Positions 12,449-24,382 of a DNA stretch of 45,753 nt are shown here, in pieces; the first letter of the stretch is position 1, and every line of letters starts with the position of its first letter. Location of the stretch: the NCBI RefSeq assembly GCF_006345805.1, contig NW_021832591.1, positions 1 through 45,753 of the forward strand, given 5' to 3'. The DNA is from Octopus sinensis. Taxonomy: Eukaryota. Under the pieces are notes generated by a model. That model worked only from the letters and a program-made list of their open reading frames with translations. It was not told the origin of the DNA and did no database searches. The position numbers and the translations under genes were made by a program.

Positions 12449-12832
12449 GTTTGACTTATGCTTTGTATTTGTACAACTTGGCTCCAAATCTCACCCAGTG
12501 ACCTCAAGAGACAACAAAATAGAAGTTCATGTTGGTTTTGCACATAGTATTGTTCTAGAGAATGTTTAAGAAAATATAACACAATTATGAGTTTGTTTTA
12601 AAATTTGAGCTTACATAGACAGTATTTAACGTAGGATATGGGCAGTTCCCATCAGTGTTATGTTTTGAATTTCTGCCATTTTGGGGTTTCCAGGTATATG
12701 AACTAGGTAGCAATCAGCTCCTTTTGCTATCATTCCTAGGGCACCTATGACAACAGGTACTGTTTTAGTCATGAGGTTCCACATTTTGCCAATTTCTATT
12801 TCAAGATCTTTATACTTGCTCAGTGAGATGGG
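12446..12832 (-). mobile_element. 3' end of an R4/Dong-clade element (RLE C-terminus and 3' UTR) between TAA arrays
   Basis: SKYKDLEIEIGKMWNLMTKTVPVVIGALGMI...GTAHILR on the minus strand, paralleling 7450-7650. Flanked by (TTA)n at about 12410-12445 and 12860-12922. Confidence 0.85.
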
Positions 12833-12859
12833 ATATCACTTATTGTTGTTGTTGTTGTC

Positions 12860-12922
<63 letters not shown>

Positions 12923-13175
12923 GTTGTTGTTGTTGTTGTACTTGTTGCTAGAGGTCTACCAGCTATTTACTTTCTGTAAACTAAGACGATATGTTGTTTT
13001 TACGTCTCGAGGACTTTGCGGAGACTCCTTGAGTTGCCAAGCAATGATGCTTTCTGGATATGCTCTATTTTCATTTTCATGCATATTTGAACCACTTTTC
13101 AATTTGGTTGCTTACTGTACCTAGAGCACCAGCAACTATTGGCACAATATACACATTTTCCTCCTCCCCTTCCTT

Positions 13176-13376
13176 TTCTTCTTCTTCTTCTTCTTCTTCT
13201 TCTTCTTCTTCTTCTTCTTCTTCTTCTTCTTCTTCTTCTTCTTCTTCTTCTTCTTCTTCTTCTTCTTCTTCTTCCTTCTTCCTTCTTCTTCTTCTATCTT
13301 CGTCTTCTCTTCTTCTTCTTCTTCTTCTTCTTCTTCTTCTTCTTCTTCTTCTTCTTCTTCTTTTTCTTCTTCTTCC
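13176..13376. repeat. (TTC)n tract of about 200 bp
   Basis: Directly visible. Confidence 0.95.
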
Positions 13377-14197
13377 TCATTAAAATTTGGCTTTATTATA
13401 AATGTTAGCTTGATATACCGATGTATGTCGAGAATTTTATTTTTCAGGTGAGAAATGTAAATATATAAAAAAACAAACAAAACAAAACAAAACAAACAAC
13501 AAAGTTAAATTAAAACAAAATTTAGGATAAAACGAGGCAAGAAAATCCAGTTGCGTTTGTCATTTTGCTTTATTTTATTCACCAATTTAAGGTAGATTTT
13601 CTTCTCGATTTCTTTTGGCATTCATTCAAATTACGATGCCTGGGAAGTTTTGCTACAATTACTCTTAAGTCACATTAACTAGTTTTATTTAACAAGTTGC
13701 TTTCGTATGACATTGCTTGTTATATATCTGTTCTAAAGCAAACAAATATATATATAGAAAATAAAACATCAATACCAATGTATAGTACCAAAAAGAAAAG
13801 AAAGAAATAAAAATTATTTTGATTTTCACTCGTGAATTTTTCCTAGACTGTAAGAATTGTTGTATCTAATGTCTGTCATTTGTGTTTGTGGGGATTATCT
13901 GTCATACAAACAAACCGCACACTGTTATGTTAAAAAAAATGAAGAGTAGTTTGAATCAAATTCTAGGTTTTATGCATTCAGCTATCCCACCCATTTACCC
14001 CCTCTCCCCACCAAACAAAATGTGTGGCTTTATGTTTAGATTGCTACTAAGAGGAGCAGCGTTTTCGTAACCAATTTGAAAATCCATTGCAAGGGTGATT
14101 AAGCTTTACCTGTTTCCATCTCTCACGACGAGGACAAGGTATTGGGAAATACAATCATTCATCAACAGGATTGGGAAATACAATCATTCATCTCAGC

Positions 14198-14260
14198 GGT
14201 GGTGCCCCAGCAAGGCCGCGGCCTTCGGGCTAAAACATTTTAAAGGATTTAAGGATTTAA
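14198..14260 (+). mobile_element. Isolated 3' tail related to the SINE-1/CR1 tail
   Basis: GGTGGTGCCCCAGCAAGGCCGCGGCCTTCGGGCTAAAACA followed by (GGATTTAA)2. A ~23-bp tandem duplication (ATTGGGAAATACAATCATTCATC) lies just upstream. Confidence 0.55.
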
Positions 14261-14261
14261 G

Positions 14262-14590
14262 GTGCTTGCGTAGTATACTTAAAATTAGATGGCCCGAACA
14301 CATAAGCAATATGGAGCTATTGCAAAGAACAAATGAAGTTTCGATTAGGGAGCAAATATTTAAGAAAAAGTGGAAGTGGATTGGTAGCACAATTAGAAAA
14401 GACACACGAAATGTAGGGAAAAGTGCTTTACAGTGGAAACCGGATGGATATAGATGGAGAGGAACTAGAGAAAGGGGGACATTCATGGAAGAGTATAAGT
14501 ACAGAAGCCAAAAATTACGAGACATGGAATTCTACTATAAGTGGCCTATACTTTGCATTGGAGGGTTAAAGGCATAAAGAAGAAGAGGAG
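14262..14590 (+). mobile_element. RTE-clade LINE 3' fragment
   Basis: CLRSILKIRWPEHISNMELLQRT...KWKWIGSTIRKD...ALQWKPDGYRWRG, a typical RTE C-terminus, with an (AGA)n-like tail. Confidence 0.85.
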
Positions 14591-14659
14591 CAGCATTGAT
14601 GAGTATAAGAATAACATTACTAGTAAGAATTTGGCAGAAGAGAAACCGTTTTCGTTGGA

Positions 14660-14852
14660 GGGAGTTAGTTGATTATGATTACATCGACTCACCACTACTA
14701 GCGCTCAAATGGTGCTTTATTTTATTGACTCCTAAAAGACAAAAGACAAAGTTGGACCACTGGTGGAATTTGAACTCAGAATGTAAAGAGCTCTAAGAAA
14801 CACCACTAAACATTTTACTCGACGCGTTAACGGTTCTGCCAGCTTACCGCCT
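14660..14852 (-). mobile_element. Old diverged SINE family 2 copy
   Basis: GGAATTTGAACTCAGAATGTAAAG...TTCTGCCAGCTTACCGCC. Confidence 0.7.
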
Positions 14853-15264
14853 TCGTTACGTGCACGACTAATACCAGTACAATTTCCATACTCTAATTCT
14901 TAGAAAACGTCTGTACATTACCCATTTATGGAAATAAAATTCCAGAGAAATGTATGGAATAAAATATTAAATGAAAATATTTCCCATGCTCTGTTCAAAT
15001 ATTGTTGAAACGTTTCGTGTAATTTCTGTGATGATAGTAGTAAATAGAAAAGAAGAAATATATTTAAATAAACGAATTTACTGAGCTTACCCTAGAGAAA
15101 TCAGTTGATTAATTTTGATAAGAACCAACACTTCTAACAATTGTAGTTACAGATCTAATAGTTACAACAGTCTTAAACTTGAAGAGAAAGAGAACTTCGT
15201 TCGGTCATTGATTAATTTTCAAATTGAGTTTTGAATGTCAACGCTCTTGTCGTCGGTAGAAGTC

Positions 15265-15450
15265 ATAGTGGTATGATGACGGTAGTAGTCGTAGTGGTAG
15301 TCGTGGTGGTTATAATTGTGATGGACGTTGTAGTATTGATGGTGATGATGTTGTAGTGGTGGTGTGATGGTGATATCATTGTAATGGTGGTGGTGGTGGT
15401 AGTAGTGATGATGGTGATAGTGGCGGTGCTGGCGATGGTGGTGGCGGTGT
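15265..15450. repeat. Cryptic (GGT/GTA/GAT)n trinucleotide low-complexity tract
   Basis: Directly visible. Confidence 0.85.
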
Positions 15451-15633
15451 TAATGTGGCAAATCGGCTGCGTCATCAGAGCGATGGAAAGAATATTTTGG
15501 AGTTCAAAATTTCACCGAAGCCAACTTTCGAAGTCAATAAAATAAAGTATCATCAGATAAGGGCAGTGAATTGACAGAATTTCAACAGCGGCTGACAAGA
15601 TGTCTTTCAGTATCTGTGATGGTATTATTTCAG

Positions 15634-15858
15634 GGCGGCGAGCTGGCAGAAGCGTTAGCACGCTGGGCGAAATGCTTCGCGGTATTTCGTCTGTCGTTAC
15701 GTTGTGAGTTCAAATTCCGCCGAGGTCGACTTTGCCTTTCATCCTTTCGATAAATTAAGTACCAGTTACGCACTGGGGTCAATGTAATCGACTTAATACC
15801 TATGTCTGTCCTTGTTTGTCCCCTCTATGTTTAGCCCCTTGTGGGTAATAAAGAAATA
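15634..15858 (+). mobile_element. SINE family 2 monomer (tail B) with 9-bp TSD
   Basis: A-box-like TGGCAGAAGCGTTAG, B-box GAGTTCAAATTCC, central CTTTCATCCTTTCG...AAGTACCAG (MetaSINE-like from my recollection), ending AAAGAAATA. TSD GGTATTATT at 15621-15629 and 15859-15867. Confidence 0.9.
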
Positions 15859-16143
15859 GGTATTATTGCTACAACTGTTGTTGTTTTTGTTGTTGTTCAG
15901 CCCCAAAATTGCTTTGATCGAGTAAACACATCGAACACATATAATCGGCTGAAAAACAATGCCGACTGACCCACCCACAAATAAAACAACCGAATTTCCT
16001 GCTCTGTTCTGCCAGTCCAATATATTTCGCTTAGGATCTTTTACGAAGAGAAACCGTTATTGATTTTTCGTATTCTGGCATTGTATATCTACTGCTCCAG
16101 AAATACCGTATTTCTGCTTTGTTGAGGATCATATTCCATATTC

Positions 16144-16529
16144 AGGAGGCGCAATGGCCCAGTGGTTAGGACAGCGGACTCGCGGTCATAGGATCGCGGT
16201 TTCGATTCCCAGACCGGGTGTTGTGAGTGTTTATTGAGCGAAAACACCTAAAGATCTACGAGGCTCCGGCAGGGATGGTGGTGATCCCTGCTGTACTCTT
16301 TCACTATAAATTTCTCTCACTCTTACTTCCTGTTTCTGTTGTACCTGTATTTCAAAGGGCTGGCCTTGTCACTCTATGTGTCACGCTGAATATCCCCGAG
16401 AACTACGTTAAGGGTACACGTGTCTGGGGAGTGCTCAGCCACTTACACGTTAATTTCACGAGCAGGTTGTTCCGTTGATTCGGATCAACCGGAACCCTCG
16501 TCGTCGTAACCGATGGAGTGCTTCCATCC
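16144..16529 (+). mobile_element. tRNA-derived SINE family 3, tail type 1
   Basis: A box TGGCCCAGTGG, B box GTTTCGATTCCC. 11-bp TSD ATTCCATATTC at 16133-16143 and 16530-16540. Confidence 0.85.
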
Positions 16530-17219
16530 ATTCCATATTCTAACATGAAGTGGATATTCGTAAGGGATGTAGTAGTGTTGCACTCCGGACAAGTGGTACT
16601 ATTTCCAATGATCAGCCTATTTCTGCGCACACGTAGATTCTGGTGGCGGCCACAAAGGTAACGGGTCAGATGAACTCAAACAGGGTCAACCACTGCTGTT
16701 CTAGTTCACTTATTATCGGTTTGGTGCTGTACATCACAGCACAGTGAGTGGAGCTAATAAGGTTTTTGATGTTGCAGCTCTTTCTATGTATGTGTTCACC
16801 TGATTTGTAGAGGCAGTGACATTAGGATGCTGTAAAAGTCGTACTGCAGGATTTTACAAATGTGTCTAAGTGTTTCACGTGGGTAATTTCGTATTTACTA
16901 GCAAGGTCTGTGTGCGTTGGAAATTTCAGCAGTAACAAATTGCAATTTGTTATTGCCAATTGATCTTTCGTTTTTAAATGTTGGCCACAGTTAAAAAGCT
17001 ATCAATCATAAAATTACTCCATCGCAGCTGACACGGGGATAAACGATAATAACAACGAAAATAACAATGACAACAACGAGATTCCATGAAAATATAAATA
17101 TTACAATCATAACTCAGATTCGTGATGATGACCCCAACAACAATAGAACCAGGATAGCAGTTATGGTTATTTGTAAAATAGATGTAAGGCTTTATGTGCG
17201 GGGTAGATACATTCGGACA

Positions 17220-17500
17220 CTTTATCGACCCCAGGAAGGACGAAAGGCAAAGTCAGCTTGGCTCAAATTTCAATCAAAAGCCCAAAGACAACAAATTTTG
17301 GCACAAGGCCATCAAGTTTAGGGTAAGGGATAAGTCGCTTACATTGACCCCAGTATGCAACTGGTACATATTTTATTGACCCCGAAAGAATGAAAGGCAC
17401 AGCCGACCTCGGTGGAATTTGAACTCAGAACGTAAAGACGGACGAAATGCCGCTAAGCATTTTGCCCAGCGTGCTAATGATTCTGCCAGCTCGCCGCCTT
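17220..17500 (-). mobile_element. SINE family 2 copy plus an older fragment
   Basis: Head ends at CTCGCCGCC near 17499. A diverged central-domain fragment lies at 17220-17270. Confidence 0.8.
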
Positions 17501-17517
17501 AGACGACAGTAGTAATA

Positions 17518-17870
17518 TTCTTTTCTACTCTAGTCACAAGGCCCGAAATTTTAGGTCCGGGGGCCAGTCGATTAGTTCGACCCCAGTACGCAAATGGTAC
17601 TTAATTTATCGACCCCGAAAGGATGAAAGGCAAAGTCGACCTCGGCGGAATTTGAACTCAGAACGTAAAGACAGACACAATACCTATTTCTTTACTACCC
17701 ACAAGGGGCTAAACACAGAGGGGACGAACAAGGACAGACAAACGGATTAAGTCGATTAGATCGACCCAGTGTGTAAATGGTACTTAATTTATCGACGCCG
17801 AAAGGATGAAAGGCAAAGTCGACCTCGGCGGAATTTGAACGTGCTAACGTTTCTGCCAGCTCGCCGCCCT
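17518..17870 (-). mobile_element. SINE family 2 dimer (head, unit with tail B, unit with tail A)
   Basis: Two central domains but one head. TSD ACAG(T/C)AGTAATATT at 17506-17519 and 17874-17887. Confidence 0.85.
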
Positions 17871-18655
17871 ACAACAGCAGTAATATTGTCAACAAAATAC
17901 CAGGTAAAAAGCAATTACGGTACAAAAAGACGTCAGTGAACACAACAGTTGTATAAGCGTGCATTAATATTGTAGTAAAAACATTACAAGAAGTACAGGC
18001 GTATATAAGTAGGGAGAAAAGAATAAAACTAAAATAAAGAAAAGAAAAGCAAAGAAAGAATTGTAAAAAAGAAATGAATAAAAAGAAAGTAGCATTTAAA
18101 TATATTTTTTTTGCAGAGCAAAAGGTATTGAAGAACAGCCTTGGAAAGAATTTGAAGTTATTGTTAAATAATTAAGAACACAGTTAAACCATGTTAGGAC
18201 GGCTCTCCTTTACGCTAGTTCAGGATTTATTTCAATCTGGGCATTAAACGAAGACAAATGTCTTTGTAATAGCCAAATTAGAGAAGTTAACGTTAGAACA
18301 TTTTTATAAAGGTAAAATATTTGGTGAAAAAATAATAGTGCTAGATAATAGTACCAGCAAGGACTAACGTACTTTGAAGGATACCTTAACAACTCTTCTC
18401 ATACCTACTGCATTATTCGAAGTTTTAACTACTAATTCTTATCGTCTGAGGATTGCCTACGAACATTAAACTCTGGCTTGTGAAATATAAATAGTCGAGT
18501 TACATAACTTTTTCCAACCTACTGCAAAGTTAGCTGTAAGGTTATTTTATAAGATACGATCTCCAAAACTCAATACCACCATGTATTTTGAAGGGAATCG
18601 AATTAAATCCGCAAAATTAAATCGAAACTTAAGGAAAGGAAATGTAACAGATATT

Positions 18656-19291
18656 CTTTTCTACACTAGACTCAAGGCCCGAAATTTTGGCGGAGGGGGA
18701 CAGTCGATTGGATCGACCTCAGTACGCAACTGGTACTTAATTTATCGACTCCGAAAGGATGAAAGGCAAAATCGACCTCGACGGAATTTGAACTCATAAC
18801 GTAAAGACAGACGAAATACCTATTTCTTTACTACCCACAAGGGGTTAAACACAGAGAGGACAAACAAGGAAAGACAAACGGATTAAGTCGATTATATTGA
18901 CCCCAATGGCGGCGAGCTGGCAGAATCGTTAGCACGCCGGGCGAAATGCGTAGCCGTATTTCGTCTGCTGTTACGTTCTGAGTTCAAATTCCGCCAAGGT
19001 CGACTTTGCCTTTCATCCTTTCGGGGTCGATAAATTAAGTACCAGTAACGCACTGGGGTCGATATAATCGACTTTGTCTGTCCTTGTTTGTCCTCCCTGT
19101 GTTTAGCCCCTTGTGGGTAGTAAAGAAATATATATTGACCCCAGTGAGTAACTGGCACTTAATTTATCGACCCCGAAAGGATGAAAGGCAAAATCGACCT
19201 CGGCGCAATTTGAACTCAGAACGTAACGGCAGACGAAATACGGCTACGCATTTCGCCCGGCGAGCTAACGTTTCTGCCAGCTCGCCGCGAT
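18656..19291 (-). mobile_element. SINE family 2 dimer interrupted by a nested monomer
   Basis: Outer TSD 15/17 identical at 18639-18655 and 19292-19308. Confidence 0.85.
18906..19130 (+). mobile_element. Nested SINE family 2 monomer
   Basis: Perfect 13-bp TSD TATATTGACCCCA at 18893-18905 and 19131-19143. Confidence 0.9.
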
Positions 19292-19663
19292 GAAATGGAA
19301 TAGATATTAAAAAGTTCTTCGAATGTTCAACTTGTAACAGATTTCGTCTCTCTATGTCTGAGATTGTTACACATTGGAGGGTACTTGTACCAAAGCAACC
19401 TAATAATAAATCTTCAGCCTCTGAGTGAACATGTGACTGCCAATCATGCAATAAATGTATTTCTATTTGTGGTCTGAAGCCACAAATGTCTATAAACAAT
19501 GCCAAATGTGATGATCTTGCATTGCATTTAACTGAGAAAATTTATGCGATAATTATGGTAAAAGCTGCAGGTCATCAGGTAGGCTAAAAAAAGTTAGCAT
19601 TGCTTTTCATTAACAAGCAATGGTCATACACATTATTGAGTCAACTTCTATCACACACACACA

Positions 19664-19709
<46 letters not shown>

Positions 19710-19724
19710 ATATACACAAGTATG

Positions 19725-20960
19725 TACAAGGGTTGGCTAAAAGGTTCATAGGTTGACCAAGAAACTCTCATGGAATGTGACCAAATGAGGTTTATTTTTC
19801 ATTATAGTCCCCTTTGTGATCCACACACTTCTATCAGTGTTGCACTGCTTGGATCCTATTGATGGAGAAGCTTTCATCCTGTTCGTAAAAACTTCATCAA
19901 CAGCAGATATGATGTCGTCATCACTGCGATACTGCTTCTCAGCCAAATGTTTTTTTTAATGTTGGGGAACAGATGATAGTCAGATGGGGCCAAATCAGGA
20001 AAATAAGGAGGCTGATCAAGTACTTCAAAGCCACAGTCACGCACAACAGCCATTGTAATCAAGGACTGGAGTTTTCCCGGGTATTTGATATTGGTAGCCT
20101 TTCGTAACAACCTCAGCGAGTTGGCATAAAACTCTCCATTGATGGTATGGTCCTGTTCAAGAGAGCCAAAATTCAAAATGCCTTTTGCCTCCCCAAAACT
20201 GAGGCCATCACCTTCTCTGTTGATAAAATGACTTTGGTTTACTTTGGGGCAAGTGAGGTGGATGTTTTCATTGCATGGAGTGTCTTTTTTTTCTGGCTCA
20301 AAGGGATGAACCCAACACCCATCCTTGTTTACGAAACGTTCTAGGAAACCAGTTGGATATGCCACAAACAAGATTTTCCCGTGATGTGATCAACCTGGTG
20401 TGCTTTTGATCAAGTGTCAGAAGACGTGGCACCTACCGAACAGAAATCGTCGTCATGGCAATTTCATTGTGCAGAATATTCTCAACTTTCTCATGGAATA
20501 TGTTAATAGCACTAGCTATTTGACTTATAGTCCATCGCCTGACATCCATCAGCATGTGGTGAACACAATCAATGTTTTCTTTAGTGGTGGGTGTTGCAGG
20601 ACGTCTAGACCTTGGGTCATCTTCAAGACTCTTCCTTCCTCTCCTAAATTCAGCTACCCACTTTTGCACTGTTGATAAAGCTGGGATGTCGTCCCTTAAT
20701 GTAGTAACGTTGCCAGCTTGAATGCTGTTGGGGGCTAAACCCCTTTCTTTGCTGAAACTTGATAACTTCATAAAACCAAATCTTGTCCATTTCCTAGAAA
20801 AGTTGCTACTAGTTACATTTGATGTCCTCTTTGAACAGTCTGATGTCAGTTTACTTGGAAAGAAACAATGCAGTTATTAATAAGTGCTGAAAGTAATGAA
20901 CGCAAGATATCGCAGCTCTAACATCACTCCATCATAGTCAGCCTATGAACTTTTCAACCC
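19725..20960 (-). mobile_element. Decayed mariner (Tc1/mariner) transposon
   Basis: Imperfect TIRs GGGTTG..AAA.GTTCATAGG.TGAC at about 19730-19757 and 20937-20960. Transposase pieces: TVQKWVAEFRRGRKSLEDDPRSRRP, VPRLLT, WVHPFEPE and PPYFPDLAPSDYHLF. The HDNA segment appears deleted and there are frameshifts. Confidence 0.9.
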
Positions 20961-21136
20961 ACACACATGTACACACACATGTACACACACATGCACACAC
21001 GCACGCACATAAATACATACATAGTACGTACGCACACACACACACACACACATATATATGATAATAAATATTAGGGAATAAATCCAAATTTACAGGGAAA
21101 AATCAGATTTAGGATTGAATCCAATTTTATAGTAAA

Positions 21137-21325
21137 ATATTATATTATATTATATTAATTAGGGACAAAACCACTATTATGCAAATCAAACAAAGAAAGA
21201 CTTAAGCCAATACATAAAAATTATATTTAATTTATATAAAATTTTTATGTATTGGCTTAAGTCTTTCTTTGTTTGATTTGCATAATAGTAGTTTTGTCTC
21301 TAATTAATATAATATAATATAATAT
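21137..21325. repeat. Near-perfect 189-bp palindrome with ~85-90-bp arms
   Basis: Left arm ATTAGGGACAAAACCACTATTATGCAAATCAAACAAAGAAAGACTTAAGCCAATACATAAAAA against its reverse complement at 21242-21305 shows 2 mismatches. Confidence 0.9.
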
Positions 21326-21365
21326 AATATATATATATTATATATATATATATATATATAATATA

Positions 21366-21404
<39 letters not shown>

Positions 21405-21753
21405 TATATAAACACACACACACACACAAGCATGCATGTGTACACACATGGACAGACATATTCACATAGGAAGGTGATGTATCATTCTGATGTTAGTAAA
21501 CATTTCTTTTTCCAGTTTTCCATAGCGACTGACTTCAAACATTAGTTTTACATGTTTGAAATTCCGTTCATTCAACTTTGGTCGTTTTTTTTACTAAGAA
21601 CAACTCTGGTTAGCGGCCAGGCAGCATGTAGGTTTCAATCCCTTTGAGTAAGTTAACAGTTTATAGCCAGTCAATATAGCAAATTGGAAAGGATACAACT
21701 CCAAGTGTTGCCAATGTGATATTCAGCACTACCAGAAATTAGTACTCGATGGG

Positions 21754-21947
21754 TATTCTTTTCTACTCTAGGCACAAGGCCCGAAATGTTTGGGGAGGGG
21801 ACCAGTCGATTGGTACTTAATTTATCGACTCCGAAAGAATCAAAGGCAAAGTCGACCTCGGCGGAATTTGAACTCAGAACGTAACGGCAGACGAAATACC
21901 GCTAAGCATCTCACCCGGTGTCCTAACGTTTCTGCCAACTCACCGCC
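21754..21947 (-). mobile_element. SINE family 2 monomer (tail A)
   Basis: Head, central domain and tail A. Confidence 0.85.
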
Positions 21948-22179
21948 TTCGTATTCGGTAGATACTGCTTTTAGTTAAAAGTACTTTAAAAGATGTTTTT
22001 TTTTTCGTGCAGATATTTCGAGACCATCTCTTGTCTTGTTCAGTAAGTGGCCTTAACTTTGTGAGGGAAACTGTTTAGAAACTTTTCAGATTTCTTTCTT
22101 TTTTTTTTCTTTCTTTCTCACAAAGCTCCTAAGGCGAAAACAACGGAAAGGGACTCGTTTTCTATTTTACGTTCAGCCT

Positions 22180-22680
22180 AAGACTTGGAGATACAAGTGG
22201 ACCTGAAGAGCAGACTTGTCTTCCCAGAGAAAACAGAGGTAACATCGCTCCATTCAGACATGTTCTTGCTCTACAGGAATACAAAAACAATCATTGCGGT
22301 TGAATTCACAGTCTCCTGGGAGGACAGACTCGAAATTTCTTACTCGAAAGTAATGAAAATGAAATATCAGGACAGTCTATAAGGCCCTTGTCGACGGATG
22401 GCATGCAACCTCATTCCCCATTGAAGTCGGCTGCCGTGGCTTTCCTTCTAGATCAGTGCGCTATTTTCTGCAGAAAGTAGGTCTGGAACCCAGACAACTG
22501 GAAAAAGACATCAAAGAAATGGGTGCGGCTGCTGAAACTAGCTCAAGACGGCTATGGTTACTAAGAGGCTGTAAGTGGAACCTTTCCGTAGGTGAAGACA
22601 AGCCCAGGTTAAGTGTGCAGGTTAAGGAGCGAAATGCTTGTGACCCTGAGATACCTGCTGACGATACGGAAGGATTTCCG
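22180..22680 (+). mobile_element. 3' fragment of an RLE-type LINE (HERO/NeSL-like)
   Basis: VDLKSRLVFPE...SD...IIAVEFTVSWEDRLE...KY, then FPIEVGCRGF...GAAAETSSRRLWLLR, resembling the RLE (PD-D/ExK) C-terminus. Degenerate. Confidence 0.75.
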
Positions 22681-22829
22681 GCATTGCAGTGGATTTGGAA
22701 GAGCTTGCAAAACCTCTGAGCAGCTCTTGCAGCTTCTGTGAGGAGCAAAGCATCTCTGATGTTTAATTTACCTGAATGTTGTGTCGAAACCAGGACACAG
22801 TAATTGCATTCTTTTGCTTTATTTTTCAT

Positions 22830-22897
22830 TCTTTTTTCATATTTTTTTAATCATTCGTTTTCTTTTATATTTTCTTTCTTCCCTCCTTCTCCTCATT

Positions 22898-22955
<58 letters not shown>

Positions 22956-23345
22956 TTTCTTCCTTTGTTTGTTTGTTTGTTTCTTTCTTTCTTAATTTTC
23001 TTTTAATTCTTAATTTTTCTTTTCTTTTTCCCTCTCTCCCTCTTACTCATTCACTTCGGCCTCTCCTTTTCTCCACTCTCTCTCATGCACACTACGCTTT
23101 CCATTTCACCTCCCCTTCCCTCTATCTCTGCCTCCTTCTCTCCCCTCCTCCCTCCTCTCTAATGTCCTTACCACTCAAAGCTGAAAATATCACAAACAAA
23201 CAGAAAAAAACACTAATATTTCTTTACATTTTATCAGATTTTCTCCTGCATTAGATTAATTAATCTATTTTTCCCAGTGGTTAATTATCTTTTTCTTCTT
23301 CTTCTTCTTCTTCTTCTTCTTCTTCTTCTTCTTCTTCTTCTTCGT
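22830..23345. repeat. Pyrimidine-rich tract with (TTTC)n and (TTC)n
   Basis: Directly visible. Confidence 0.9.
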
Positions 23346-23790
23346 CATTGTTGTTGTTGTTGTTAGTGTACTCGTTTATTTCTAATTATCCCATTGATTC
23401 ATAGTTTTGCATTTTGTGTTTTACTTGTTATTTTTATAATTGTTGTTGTAGTTGTTGTTGTTGTTGTTGTTGTTGCTGCTGTTGCGTTGCCTATGGCTAG
23501 ATAGAGTTTATGGTTTAACCATCTGCAACTCAAGTGCGCAACGTATTCCACGTCAATGCCTCGCCATCGACAATACTTCAATTTCTCATGAATAGTGGTT
23601 TATCGTAGGATGTACCATGTCAGAGTGTGGACACGATGTCCTTTTACCCTCTTTCCCCTTCTGTCTACTGTTTTTGCTGTTGCTGTTGTTGTTGTTGTTG
23701 CTTATTCTGGTCAGTTCTAATGCAGCAGACCCTAAGCCAAAAACATTCCATCTGTAAAAATCTCGCCCGAGATTTTTGTTTCAGGATATA

Positions 23791-24028
23791 TATTTCTTTA
23801 CTGCCCACAAGGGGCTAAACATAGAGGGGACAAACAAGGACAGACAAAGGGATTAAGTTGATTACATCGACCCCAGTACGTAACTAGTACTTTATTTATC
23901 GACCCCGAAAGGATGAAAGGCAAAGTCGACCTCGGCGGAATTTGAACTCAGAACGTAACGGCAGACGAAATACGGCCACGCATTTCGCCCAGCATGCTAA
24001 CGATTCTGCCAGCTCACCGCCTTCGCGG
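23791..24028 (-). mobile_element. SINE family 2 monomer (tail B) with 14-bp TSD
   Basis: TSD TGTTTCAGGATATA at 23777-23790 and 24029-24042. Confidence 0.9.
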
Positions 24029-24382
24029 TGTTTCAGGATATAGTGTACCAAGGACTATATTGTCCAAATAGTAACATGGAAATGTGAATGAGATTTGGCC
24101 GCTACTTTTAGCAGTACAAATATCCACATAGTGTGTTCCTCATTGGAGATGGTAGCTTTTGATAACAGCCGTAGCTGAGGTGAATAAAGTGGAATCGACT
24201 GGGCCGTACCAATGGGAGTTTTTGACTAATAAGACTTATAGCGATATTGTTGGTTTTGTGTCATGATTTTCAAATGTTTGTCTCAATTGAGTGTGAGAGG
24301 TAGACAGAAAGATAATGTTTTAAGGTGTTGTGATAGTGTTCTAGCGTTGTTTTAAATCTAAAAGGACATTCGGTGGTGTTGA

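Noticed and set aside
18105-18130. 8-nt microexon candidate (TTTTGCAG|AGCAAAAG|GTATTG)
   Set aside because: Too short and AT-rich to distinguish from chance.
22631-22672. GAAA...CTGACGA in the HERO-like 3' UTR as a type-II hammerhead
   Set aside because: Stem II strands do not pair and there are no stem I or III hairpins.
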